Positions 19,840 through 28,080 of a DNA stretch of 64,000 nucleotides are shown one piece after another. The translations under genes and the position numbers were made by a program. The notes beneath the pieces are model-generated. The model made no database searches, was not told the DNA's origin, and saw only the letters and a program-made list of their open reading frames with translations. The stretch is from a bacterium (GTDB lineage Bacteria > UBA8248): assembly GCA_965261085.1 (NCBI GenBank), contig OZ253442.1, forward strand, positions 3,712,001-3,776,000, given 5' to 3'. Every line of letters begins with the position of its first letter. Within the stretch, counting starts at the first letter, position 1.

Positions 19840-21569
19840 AGCTCATCATCAAGGAATATTTGGCTTCGCTCCGAGAACGAAACGAGCTGGACGCCATCCT
19901 TCCCAATCTTTTAAGCGAGCTTGGTTTCAACGTTATGTCTCGCCCATCGATTGGCGCCCGTCAGCATGGTGTCAATGTTGCAGCCGTAGGCCCTGATGAA
20001 AACGACGGTGGCAAACGAAAGCTGTTCTTGTTCAGCATCAAGCCCGGTGACCTCAGTCGACAGGACTGGGATGGCAATCCACAGGCTTTGCGTCCATCAC
20101 TCAACGAAATTCGAGACGTCTACATTCGGAACAATATCTTGAAGATACATAAAGATTTAGACATCGTTATCTGCATCTGTGTAGGTGGGGACGTAAATGA
20201 GAATGTTCGCCCACAGTGGACGGGATACGTCGCTCAAAATTCAAATGAGAAAATAAGTTTCGATGAATGGAATGGAGATAAACTATCGGAATTGCTCCTC
20301 ACCGGTGTTCTTGGAGAAGAAATCCTACCTTCAGAACAGCGCACTAATTTCCGGAAGGCAGTCGCCATGGTCGATCAACCAGACGTAGCCTACCGCTTCT
20401 ACATGCGCTTGCTCAAAGCCCTTCTCCAACAACCGGAGCAAAAACCGAAGCAGAAAAGAACATCGTTGCGGCAAACATATATTTGCCTGTGGGTTCTCTA
20501 CGTTTGGGCGCGTGGAGAGGGAAATCTCGAAGCACCCTATCGGGCAAGCGAAGCTGCGATGCTTCACGCCTGGCATTCGGGAAAAGAATTTGCAGGGAAG
20601 AAATCAAAGAGTGCAAAAGAGACATTAGGCATCATTGATCAGTTCATCAAACTTCATATGATTATCTCCACAGATTTTATTGAAAATAAAATCCACCCCT
20701 TTTCGGAAAAACTTCACGCTCTTTCCACGGCTGTGAATTCCGCCAAATCGGTAGATGTGAATTTATTCTTGTTTGAAACACTGGGAAGAATCGGAGCCTT
20801 TGGACTTTGGAATTATTTTTACGCTGAATCAGCAAGTGGCGAACAAAAGGAATACTTTCGAGCAAGAGCTCATAAGGCTCTGAACACGGGCGTCCATGCC
20901 ATCAATAATAACCCCGCTCTTCTCTCTCCCCTCCGAGACGATCATGCGATTGAAATCATGATATTCATGTTGCTCGCACAAGCATGCAATGCCATTCACT
21001 CGGTTAAGGGATGGATAGAAGAGCTTTCATCCCGTTGCGTTTTCGCGTTGACATGGCGAATCTATTACCCCACACCCAAGATTGACTACCCCGATTTGAT
21101 TCGTCATCCTCGAGATCAATCCGACGAATACTTTCGAGAGGCAACACGTGCCAGCATACTTTATCCAGTTTTGGCTTGCTGGTTGACACTTTTGGGGAGC
21201 AACGAGGCATTATCGAAACTGGCTGATTGTGTTTCTTCAGAACTTTCTCATTGCAATCAACAATTGTGGCTCCCCGATGATAAAACCGATGAGAAAATTT
21301 GGATCGGCGAACATTACCACGACCACGGAAAAGCCTTAACTCATCTGCCAATTCAAAAAGATGGCAAAAATCTGATTGATCGTATCAACAAAGCTACTGC
21401 CGATAATGGTGAATTCAGAAAAATTTCTGCCGTCTCAAGCGGCCTTTGGCCAATGTTCGTTTCCGCATGTCGGCACTACCGAATGCCACTTCCCCCACAA
21501 TTTTGGACTATGCTTTCTCGACGAACTAACGGAGATCAAAGAAACGTTCCAGACAAATCGAGCGATTGA
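19836..21569 (+). CDS. Uncharacterised protein with N-terminal Mrr/PD-(D/E)xK-like domain, gene B
   Basis: ELDAILPNLLSELGF...RQHGVNVAAVG...LFSIKPGD...FDEWNGDKL restriction-endonuclease-like pattern followed by a helical region. Confidence 0.7.
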   Translation: MKLIIKEYLASLRERNELDAILPNLLSELGFNVMSRPSIGARQHGVNVAAVGPDENDGGKRKLFLFSIKPGDLSRQDWDGNPQALRPSLNEIRDVYIRNNILKIHKDLDIVICICVGGDVNENVRPQWTGYVAQNSNEKISFDEWNGDKLSELLLTGVLGEEILPSEQRTNFRKAVAMVDQPDVAYRFYMRLLKALLQQPEQKPKQKRTSLRQTYICLWVLYVWARGEGNLEAPYRASEAAMLHAWHSGKEFAGKKSKSAKETLGIIDQFIKLHMIISTDFIENKIHPFSEKLHALSTAVNSAKSVDVNLFLFETLGRIGAFGLWNYFYAESASGEQKEYFRARAHKALNTGVHAINNNPALLSPLRDDHAIEIMIFMLLAQACNAIHSVKGWIEELSSRCVFALTWRIYYPTPKIDYPDLIRHPRDQSDEYFREATRASILYPVLACWLTLLGSNEALSKLADCVSSELSHCNQQLWLPDDKTDEKIWIGEHYHDHGKALTHLPIQKDGKNLIDRINKATADNGEFRKISAVSSGLWPMFVSACRHYRMPLPPQFWTMLSRRTNGDQRNVPDKSSD

Positions 21570-21716
21570 AGTCACTAATGATTACTTTGGCTCACATTAG
21601 TGAGTTATCCGTTACCCTATTTATTGCTATTACTAGCTATTACCACCTTTTTGGTTGAACTATCCGTCGAATTGTCAAATTTATGAAAAACACCTGATTT
21701 AGGACGAATAGCTTGC

Positions 21717-22043
21717 TCAATTGATATGAGAAATAAATTCTTGCTCAATGTCGCCTGGTGCGTATCTCCATACTTTCGCTGTTTCGTGGCGAAGGCGTCT
21801 GTCTAGCCAGTTAAATGATTTGTCGAAAATAGCGTTAAATGCTTGTTGTGATTTAGATCCAAGATGATGCCAATAAGGGCTATCACTTTCCTCAGCCTTG
21901 CCCCAGCAAAATAGCCAGCAGATGCTTTGCGCATTGCCTGGACTAGGCTCCCAATAATTATTTTTACCTTTTTCAAACCTGCTGCCTTGGATATTCGAAA
22001 GGATAGCTTCTGCTTGTTGTACTGAAATTCTCATCTTGATCAT
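21717..22043 (-). CDS. Hypothetical 108-aa protein
   Basis: Trp-rich ORF with GGAAAGAGG RBS in low-GC DNA, preceded by the conserved 140-bp element. Confidence 0.6.
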   Translation of the reverse strand: MIKMRISVQQAEAILSNIQGSRFEKGKNNYWEPSPGNAQSICWLFCWGKAEESDSPYWHHLGSKSQQAFNAIFDKSFNWLDRRLRHETAKVWRYAPGDIEQEFISHIN

Positions 22044-22070
22044 TGATTTGCCTCTTTCCTAGGTGGATGA

Positions 22071-22211
22071 TGTCCTAAAGTTGCTGGAAATTTCAAAAAG
22101 AAGTGCATCCTCGGCAGAGGAACCACAAAACTGTGTCGGTTATCGCTGGCATCAAACCGAGGAGGTACCCCATTGAGATGAGATTACAGGCATCGATGCA
22201 CACTCGCCAAG
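22071..22211 (-). repeat. Conserved ~140-bp non-coding element, copy 1 (putative promoter + structured leader)
   Basis: Colinear with 59341-59479, sharing TGTCCTAA, CGGCAGAGGAA, CGAGGAGG, GAGATTACAGGCATCGATG, CACTCGCCAAG. Confidence 0.75.
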
Positions 22212-22375
22212 TTCAGCACGCAATGAGCAATCTCGGACAATTATCAATAGCCACCTTAACAATGACGGGGAGAGTACTATGCTAGGAACCTATGAGGGAA
22301 ACAGAAATCTCTTTACCGAATTAGGCAGTTTACTCACGGGTTCCTGCTCTCCGAATTCACATGATTTTGCGGGTC

Positions 22376-22675
22376 CTACGCCGATCTGCCCGGTAAATCG
22401 GGCGCGACTTCGGAGATATTTCTGCTGATTTGTTTGATCTCCTCCTCTCGTCCGGTCCTTTCCATGTCTCGAATGATGGCCTGCGCGGTGAACATCGCCG
22501 AGCGCAACAGGTGGATTTCCGCTTCGATTCGTGGCCATTCTCGTCCCTCGATCGCCTCGAGCGCCGCCGAAATCATCAACCGGCTCGGGGAAATCCCCCG
22601 CTCATGTGCGGCTTTTTCGATCCGTCGCCAGTGGTCTTCATCAACTCGGATGTGCTTGTTGATGGTTTTTCCCAT
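22376..22675 (-). CDS. RHH relaxosome-accessory-like protein
   Basis: NKHIRVDEDHWRRIEKAAHERGISPSRLM RHH pattern; adjacent to putative oriT A. Confidence 0.75.
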   Translation of the reverse strand: MGKTINKHIRVDEDHWRRIEKAAHERGISPSRLMISAALEAIEGREWPRIEAEIHLLRSAMFTAQAIIRDMERTGREEEIKQISRNISEVAPDLPGRSA

Positions 22676-22883
22676 GCCGTTTTCCCCCGTTTTATCCTCT
22701 CAATCGTCGTTCATGTGAGATGGTTTCGGCACTCGCCGGTGCCTTCCGGAAGCCGAAACACTAGACGCGCACCGGTTTCCCGTGCCGGGTCACGCCGCTC
22801 GGTCACGTCCCTACGCATCCGTGTCCAGCGTTGTTTTTGCGACGCTGGCCGGGAGGAATCATATTTGCGCGCACCCCCGTCAC

Positions 22884-23103
22884 GTATGCTCATGGCATAC
22901 GCGCAGGAAATCCTCGTGTTACGCCGTATTGCAATGAGCATACGCACTTCCTGAAGTGAGGGGATTTCAACGGGATACAGGCGTATGCTCAGAGCATACG
23001 CTTGATCCAACAACAGGCGGGCGGTCTTTGTCGTCGTTGGCGCAGAACGCTGCATGCCAGGCGCGCGCATGGTCTGCACCTGCAGCCCGCTGCGTGGGGT
23101 GTG
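22884..23103 (+). other. Putative oriT A (MOBF/F-like nic site with GTATGC boxes)
   Basis: Boxes at 22884-22900, about 22926-22943 and 22983-22999; hairpin GCAGC-CC-GCTGC (23082-23093) running into TGCGTGGGGTGT^G (23091-23103), matching the F nic core as I recall it. Confidence 0.75.
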
Positions 23104-23444
23104 AAAACAGGAGCCGCCGAAGGGCGTCAAAAGGACCGAATTTGAGGAACAAACGATGGGGGAATCGAAGCCGGTGAGAGAGGCGGTCGGGAGCCGCCGC
23201 GGCGATTGAGTGGACGGAAGCGAACGGAGCAATGCGGGGAGGTGTGTACAGGGGTGTGTACACCAGTGCATGGAGTAGTGCCGGTGGTATGACCAGCCGG
23301 GTCTGCACCGCCGTGATGCGAAGTGGTGGGCGGTATGACCAGGGAGGTCACCACCGGTGCGGGTGCAAATGGTGCGAGCGGTGGTCAACGAGACAAACGA
23401 GCCGCGCCGCCGGGGTGGCGACGCGACCCGCCGGGTGGTGTGTC

Positions 23445-24365
23445 CTATGCGGCGACGCGCTGGACGGGGATGCCGAGGCTGCGGGCCTTGTCGACGAGGT
23501 TGTCGGTGATGCCGCTGCCGGGGAATGCGATGACGCCCTTGGGGAGCAGGGCCAGGAGTTCGTCGTTGCGCCTGAATGGAGCCGCCCGTCCGTGTGCGTC
23601 CCAGTCGGGCTTGCAGACGACCTGGTGGACGCCGTTCCGCTCCGCCCAGCCTGCCGCTATCTTCTCAGCCCCCGGACCGCCGCCGTGGACGAGCACCACG
23701 TCTGCGTACTTCGCTTTAAGCCTGTCGAGATGCCCGATGATGGCGCTCGCATCGTTCGCCTCCTTGCCGCCTGCGACGGCGACGAGGGTTCCCTGGGGGA
23801 GGTGCGCCGTGTTCTCGCGGTCCTTTCTCGCCCTCTGGAAGTCTCGCGCGTCGATCATGGCCGAGGTGAGCTTGCCGGTCTGCGAGGTGTGTGACCCTCG
23901 TCGTGGCCGCCAGACCTCGCCCGTCTCGACGCGGTAGGCCTCGGCTGCGGTGTCTCTCAGTTGTTCGAAGGCGTCTCTGCGGTTGCTCAGGTTCTGCGCC
24001 CGGTCGGTCTTGAGTTCGAGTTCGCGGGAGCGGATCTCCGATCCGTCCTGTTCGCGCTGCAGTTCGCGTATGCCGGGGAGGAGCCTGTCGGCGGCGCGGT
24101 CGAGGCGCTGTGTCTGTGCGTCGAGGGTGTTGACGAACCCCCAGAGGAGGTTCGCTCGCTCATCCGCAAGTTGTGTCCCGTCGGGCGCGGCCTGTGCGAG
24201 TAGGTGGAAGGCCTTGATGACGGCGGAGGAGGATTCGTTCTCGTCCCATACGACGCGGGAGTCGAACTCGTCGCGGCCCGGTGTAGCGCCGAAGAGCGCG
24301 GCCTGCTCGCAGACCATGGCGGTGAAGGACTGTTCCTGAGCTTCGATGGTGTGGATGTCGTTCAT
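23445..24365 (-). CDS. DUF2493 / YspA-like SLOG-domain protein, copy A
   Basis: LVAVAGG, VLVHGGGPGAEKIAAGWA, PDWDAHGRAAPFRRND, IAFPGSGITDNLVDKA; AAGGAG RBS. Confidence 0.85.
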   Translation of the reverse strand: MNDIHTIEAQEQSFTAMVCEQAALFGATPGRDEFDSRVVWDENESSSAVIKAFHLLAQAAPDGTQLADERANLLWGFVNTLDAQTQRLDRAADRLLPGIRELQREQDGSEIRSRELELKTDRAQNLSNRRDAFEQLRDTAAEAYRVETGEVWRPRRGSHTSQTGKLTSAMIDARDFQRARKDRENTAHLPQGTLVAVAGGKEANDASAIIGHLDRLKAKYADVVLVHGGGPGAEKIAAGWAERNGVHQVVCKPDWDAHGRAAPFRRNDELLALLPKGVIAFPGSGITDNLVDKARSLGIPVQRVAA

Positions 24366-24449
24366 GATTCTCTCCTTGAGAATAGAGTGTAGCGGAGTCT
24401 GTCTCCGCACGTGATGTGTCACGAGTCCCACGCGCGCGCAGGGAAGCCA

Positions 24450-24571
24450 CCATGGCCGCAAGGCCCGTCGCGGGGAGGGTGCGGGTGGTGCGGGCGCACA
24501 AGCGAGCGAAGCGAGCGCGGAGCCACGGCCGCGCTCTTCCCGCGACGGGGTTCCTGCCTTGCGAGCCATGG
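24450..24571. promoter_or_regulatory. Long stem-loop upstream of DUF2493 (candidate ssDNA promoter / ssi), copy A
   Basis: Arms CCATGGCCGCAAGGCCCGTCGCGG and CCGCGACGGGG-TTCCT-GCCTTGCGAGCCATGG with inner hairpin GAGCGCGG/CCGCGCTC. Confidence 0.55.
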
Positions 24572-24747
24572 CCGGAACGCAGTGGAGGACCCCGCAGGGG
24601 TTGGCGAAGCGAGCACGTGTGGGAAGATGGGACATCACGTCGGAAGAGTTAATGCCACAGATGGGAGCAGGTGAGCCTCTCTCGCATTCTTCCCGGGCGT
24701 TCACCCTTCTCGTCGACCAGCGAGAGCATTCCCTCTGGGTCGAAAGC

Positions 24748-24780
24748 AAAAAAACAGGCCGACGCGCGAGGCGCCGGCCC
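24748..24780 (-). terminator. Intrinsic terminator after ssb A
   Basis: GC-rich stem followed by a T-run on the minus strand. Confidence 0.6.
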
Positions 24781-24789
24781 GTTGTGAGG

Positions 24790-25248
24790 TTAGAAGGGGA
24801 TGTCGTCGCCGAGAGCCTCGGGCGCTCCGTTTACCGCCGCCCCGGCCATCACCATCTGCGGCGCCGCCGCAGTCTCGGGGTGCGCGCCGTTCCCGTTCAC
24901 CTTGTCGAGGAACTGCACGCGTCCGCCCGGCGCCAGGAGGATCTCGGTCGAGAACCGCTCCGATTCTTCCTCTTCCTTCTTCCAGCGCCTGGTCTGGAGC
25001 TTGCCCGCCACGTAGACCAGACGGCCTTTCTTCGCGTGCTTCTCGAACATGTCGACCAGCCCGGGCTGGAAGGTCACGACCCGGTGCCACTCGGTCTTCT
25101 CCACCCGCTCGCCGCTCTGCTTGTCGACGTAGCCCTCGTCGGTGGCGATGGAGAGGTTGGCGACGCGTCCGCCGTTCATGAGGTGGTTGATGGTGACGTC
25201 TGCGCCGAGACGCCCGATCAGTTCCGCGCGGTTGAGTCCGAATGCCAT
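24790..25248 (-). CDS. ssb: Single-stranded DNA-binding protein, copy A
   Basis: LNRAELIGRLGAD, KTEWHRVV, KGRLVYVAGKLQTRRW, C-terminal DDIPF. Confidence 0.95.
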   Translation of the reverse strand: MAFGLNRAELIGRLGADVTINHLMNGGRVANLSIATDEGYVDKQSGERVEKTEWHRVVTFQPGLVDMFEKHAKKGRLVYVAGKLQTRRWKKEEEESERFSTEILLAPGGRVQFLDKVNGNGAHPETAAAPQMVMAGAAVNGAPEALGDDIPF

Positions 25249-25326
25249 GGTGATTCTCCTTGTAGTGTGACGTGGATGACAGTTGATGGGACCGGGAATC
25301 CTCTCTCCCCGATCCCTCCGTTCGTC

Positions 25327-25473
25327 CTATACCCTGCTAAACTCCTCTCCTCCGGCCGCCTCGGGGTGGAGCGCCTCGCCGCGCAGCCTGCGGATCGTGT
25401 AGGAGTCGAGTCCGATCTCGGCGAGCAGTTCGTCACTGGTGAACATCTCGACGTCGTAGTCGTTCTCGTACAT
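25327..25473 (-). CDS. 48-aa acidic protein, copy A (not in ORF track)
   Basis: GAGGAGG RBS; MYENDYDVEMFTSDELLAEIGLDSYTIRRLRGEALHPEAAGGEEFSRV*; same length and frame as 50872-51018. Confidence 0.7.
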   Translation of the reverse strand: MYENDYDVEMFTSDELLAEIGLDSYTIRRLRGEALHPEAAGGEEFSRV

Positions 25474-25490
25474 GGTCCAGCCTCCTCATA

Positions 25491-25565
25491 GGTTGTCGTC
25501 CCCGGCGTCGGGACCGGGAGACCGTCTCCCTCTCCCTACCGGGCATTTGCCCGGCTCCCCGCTTC
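25491..25565. repeat. 75-bp hairpin-rich block identical (inverted) to 50780-50854
   Basis: Base-by-base identical; contains CCGGGCA-TT-TGCCCGG and GGGAGAC-C-GTCTCCC hairpins. Confidence 0.7.
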
Positions 25566-26026
25566 ACTCTTCCTCTACGAAGGGGGGCCGCGACCAGTGA
25601 CTGACCGCGCACGGACCGTGAACGGCCATGGTCCGGTTGTCCTCGATGGCGGAGATGTCCGGAGACACGCCTGGGTTTGCGCCTTGTTCGGGATTCGGGT
25701 CGCATGAGGAGTGGGCGAACGAAGACGTATCGAGAGGCGTGGGTCCCGGCGCCGGTTTTCATGAGGTTGCTGGTCGGGGTGTGGGCTTCGATGCTGTGGA
25801 CCTCGGCGGCATCGCCGATGGCGGGTTGCCCGAGGCTGTGCCTGCCGGGTCACTTCCGCGCTGCCTGGGTGCTCGTCCCCCCCCGGCCTGGATCCCCGGG
25901 TGGCAGATCACGCGGTGGAGCCGAGTCCGGAAGGCTCCAGGCCGGCTGCGCAGCAGGGCGGCGTAATCCTTCCCCCCGGCCAGACGCATGACGGCCGGCT
26001 GCACGTGCAGGGGCGGCCGCCGGCGC

Positions 26027-26839
26027 TCACCCCCAGGCGGTCATCGTCGCCATCGGCGATGCGTCGGTTATGATTTCGACCTCGTGGCGGGAGAGCTTTG
26101 CGAAGGCGAGGCACATGGCGACCTCCTCCCAGCTGTCCCAGGTCCCGTGCTCCTCGCCCGTGGCGAGTTCGACCACGGTATAGCGCGGGGGATAGAGGGG
26201 CATTCCGCGGTGCTCGCCCGAGCACGCATAGGAGCGGTATGCGCAGGGCTCGCACCTCGCGGTTCCCTGCGCGGGTTCTCCGCAGTCGGTGCAAAGCCCT
26301 TGCGCCCGTAGTCGTGCGTAGCGCCCCCGGCGGGCGGCGTTCCTCTTCTCCCGGTCCCGTCCGTTTCCGGGCGCGGCGCAGGAGCCGCAAAGCGAGGCGC
26401 CCGAGGCCGGCCCCCCGCAGCGTCCGCACAGGCCGGCGGCTCTCCGCGCGGCGTACAACTCCCGCTCGTCCGCGCGCCTCGCCTCGCGGCAGGGTTCACA
26501 GACGGCGCCGCCCTCTACGGGGAGACGGTTCCCGCAGGACGTACACATCCCGGCTTCGCGGCGTTCGCGCCTGCGCAACCTGTTCCTCTCCCGCGCCATC
26601 CGGCGGCGGCTCTCAGGCTCCCGGCCGCCGTAGGGCCTGCCTACGGTCTTTCCCTTCGCGTAGCGGGCGCGTTCGGAGGTCCGCCGTCTCTCGCGACAGG
26701 GTACACACACGCTGCGGCCGGGCGCGGGTCGGTGTTTCCCGCACCTGGGGCACAGGCCCCGCGCGCGGCGTTCGGCGGTGCGTTTGCGGTGACGTTCACG
26801 TTCATAGGCGCGGGCCTTCCCGGGGTCCATATGGGGCAT
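26027..26839 (-). CDS. Cys/Arg-rich protein with four CxxC...CxxC modules, copy A
   Basis: CPRC/CVPC, CTSC/CEPC, CGRC/CGSC, CTDC/CEPC; C-terminal YTVVELATGEEHGTWDSWEEVAMCL; conserved with 49330-50145. Confidence 0.8.
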   Translation of the reverse strand: MPHMDPGKARAYERERHRKRTAERRARGLCPRCGKHRPAPGRSVCVPCRERRRTSERARYAKGKTVGRPYGGREPESRRRMARERNRLRRRERREAGMCTSCGNRLPVEGGAVCEPCREARRADERELYAARRAAGLCGRCGGPASGASLCGSCAAPGNGRDREKRNAARRGRYARLRAQGLCTDCGEPAQGTARCEPCAYRSYACSGEHRGMPLYPPRYTVVELATGEEHGTWDSWEEVAMCLAFAKLSRHEVEIITDASPMATMTAWG

Positions 26840-26928
26840 ATTCGATCTCCTCCCTCCGGCAGTTAGAATACAGACGGCATCCGGTCGGCGCGTGGCCGGC
26901 GGGACGTCCCCCTGGGGGGAACTTCACC

Positions 26929-27240
26929 TCAGCGCTGCCTGCGTTCACCAAAAAGACCCGATGCTGCGTCCCCCCAGTACTGTACGCCCGAGGCCTCGAG
27001 GTTCAGGGCCGTGCAGACGATGATCTCATCGCGCGCAGGACGCATCTGCCGGACTGTTCTCCGCGAGGCGGTCTCGCGCTTCATCCCCCGCCGGCTCCTC
27101 CCCGCAGACCCCCCGGCGGGCAAGGGACGTATGTCGCCGTCGTCGATCGAGCGGAAGCGCTCGACGACGTATCGCTCGTCTTCGAGGCCACGGCCGAAGG
27201 TGTGGGTGAGGAAGGTGCTCGCTTCCCTGGTCTTTTGCAT
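26929..27240 (-). CDS. Hypothetical protein, copy A
   Basis: MQKTREASTFLTH...DEIIVCTALNLEASGVQYWG; AAGGAG RBS; conserved with 48925-49239. Confidence 0.7.
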   Translation of the reverse strand: MQKTREASTFLTHTFGRGLEDERYVVERFRSIDDGDIRPLPAGGSAGRSRRGMKRETASRRTVRQMRPARDEIIVCTALNLEASGVQYWGDAASGLFGERRQR

Positions 27241-27353
27241 CGGCAAGTCTCCTTGTTGTGGGTGGTTGCGTAAGGCAGAGAACACTCTCCCGGACGTCCT
27301 TCCGCCGCCCCCCTCCCGGCCAGACTCTGCCTCTCCGGGGCGCCGGGCGGGGA

Positions 27354-27686
27354 TCAGGGAGCCGGATCGTGGCCGTGAAGCTCCTGTTCCTCCTGGTCTC
27401 GGCGCCAGGCGTAGCGGCCGGTCCGGATCGCCCAGTCGAACCGCTCGCCGTTATCTTCGGGGAGTTCGTAGCGGTTGAGGCTGGACCAGTCCCCATGGCG
27501 GAACCCTCGCCACAGGACGCACGCGAGCGCCGTGAGGAGACTCCACAGCGCCGCACCGAACCAGACGCCGCCTATCAGGCAGGCGCCTGTCCCACAGCCA
27601 AGGGAGAAGACGGTGAAGAGAAGGGCGAGGGCGGGTCCCGCCAGGACGAAGACCCGGGCCGCAACGGATGGATTGTGGTTCGTCAT
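27354..27686 (-). CDS. Small two-TM membrane protein, copy A
   Basis: Two hydrophobic segments then GFRHGDWS...ERFDW...TGRYAWRRD; conserved with 48420-48761. Confidence 0.7.
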   Translation of the reverse strand: MTNHNPSVAARVFVLAGPALALLFTVFSLGCGTGACLIGGVWFGAALWSLLTALACVLWRGFRHGDWSSLNRYELPEDNGERFDWAIRTGRYAWRRDQEEQELHGHDPAP

Positions 27687-28080
27687 GCGTCGTTCCTCCG
27701 GGGTCGCGGGCAAAGGGCTCGCGGGTGTCGCCCGGCCTCTCCGGCCCAGGCTCCCGCGCCCACGCCGCCTCCCTTCTCGGCCTCCCGGCGAACCACCGCG
27801 GGGGCGCGTCGCCGGATGCGGTCCTGAGCGCACCGCCATGCCGATTTCTCTTGCGGTTTTCATGTGGGTATGTTCGAATCGGCGCGATTTCAACGGAACT
27901 GGAACGGCGGTACGCTGTACTCTGGCGAATGCAACCCATACCGGGCGGCCATTCGAGTGATGAGCGATCAGACGGACAAGGAGAAAGGCGATCCTTATTG
28001 GAACCACACGAGGGGCGCGGGGTCGCGGCCCGAACGAACCCTCCCTGCTCTCCCGATGCGGGCTCCTCTTCGCCGTCCTC

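Noticed and set aside
18103-21569. Naming the two-gene cassette as a known defence system
   Set aside because: I cannot verify a family match without HMM searches, so it is left unnamed.
10503-22043. Integron cassette array
   Set aside because: No convincing attC (RYYYAAC...GTTRRRY) sites between genes, mixed orientations, and the integrases have arm-binding domains rather than IntI features.
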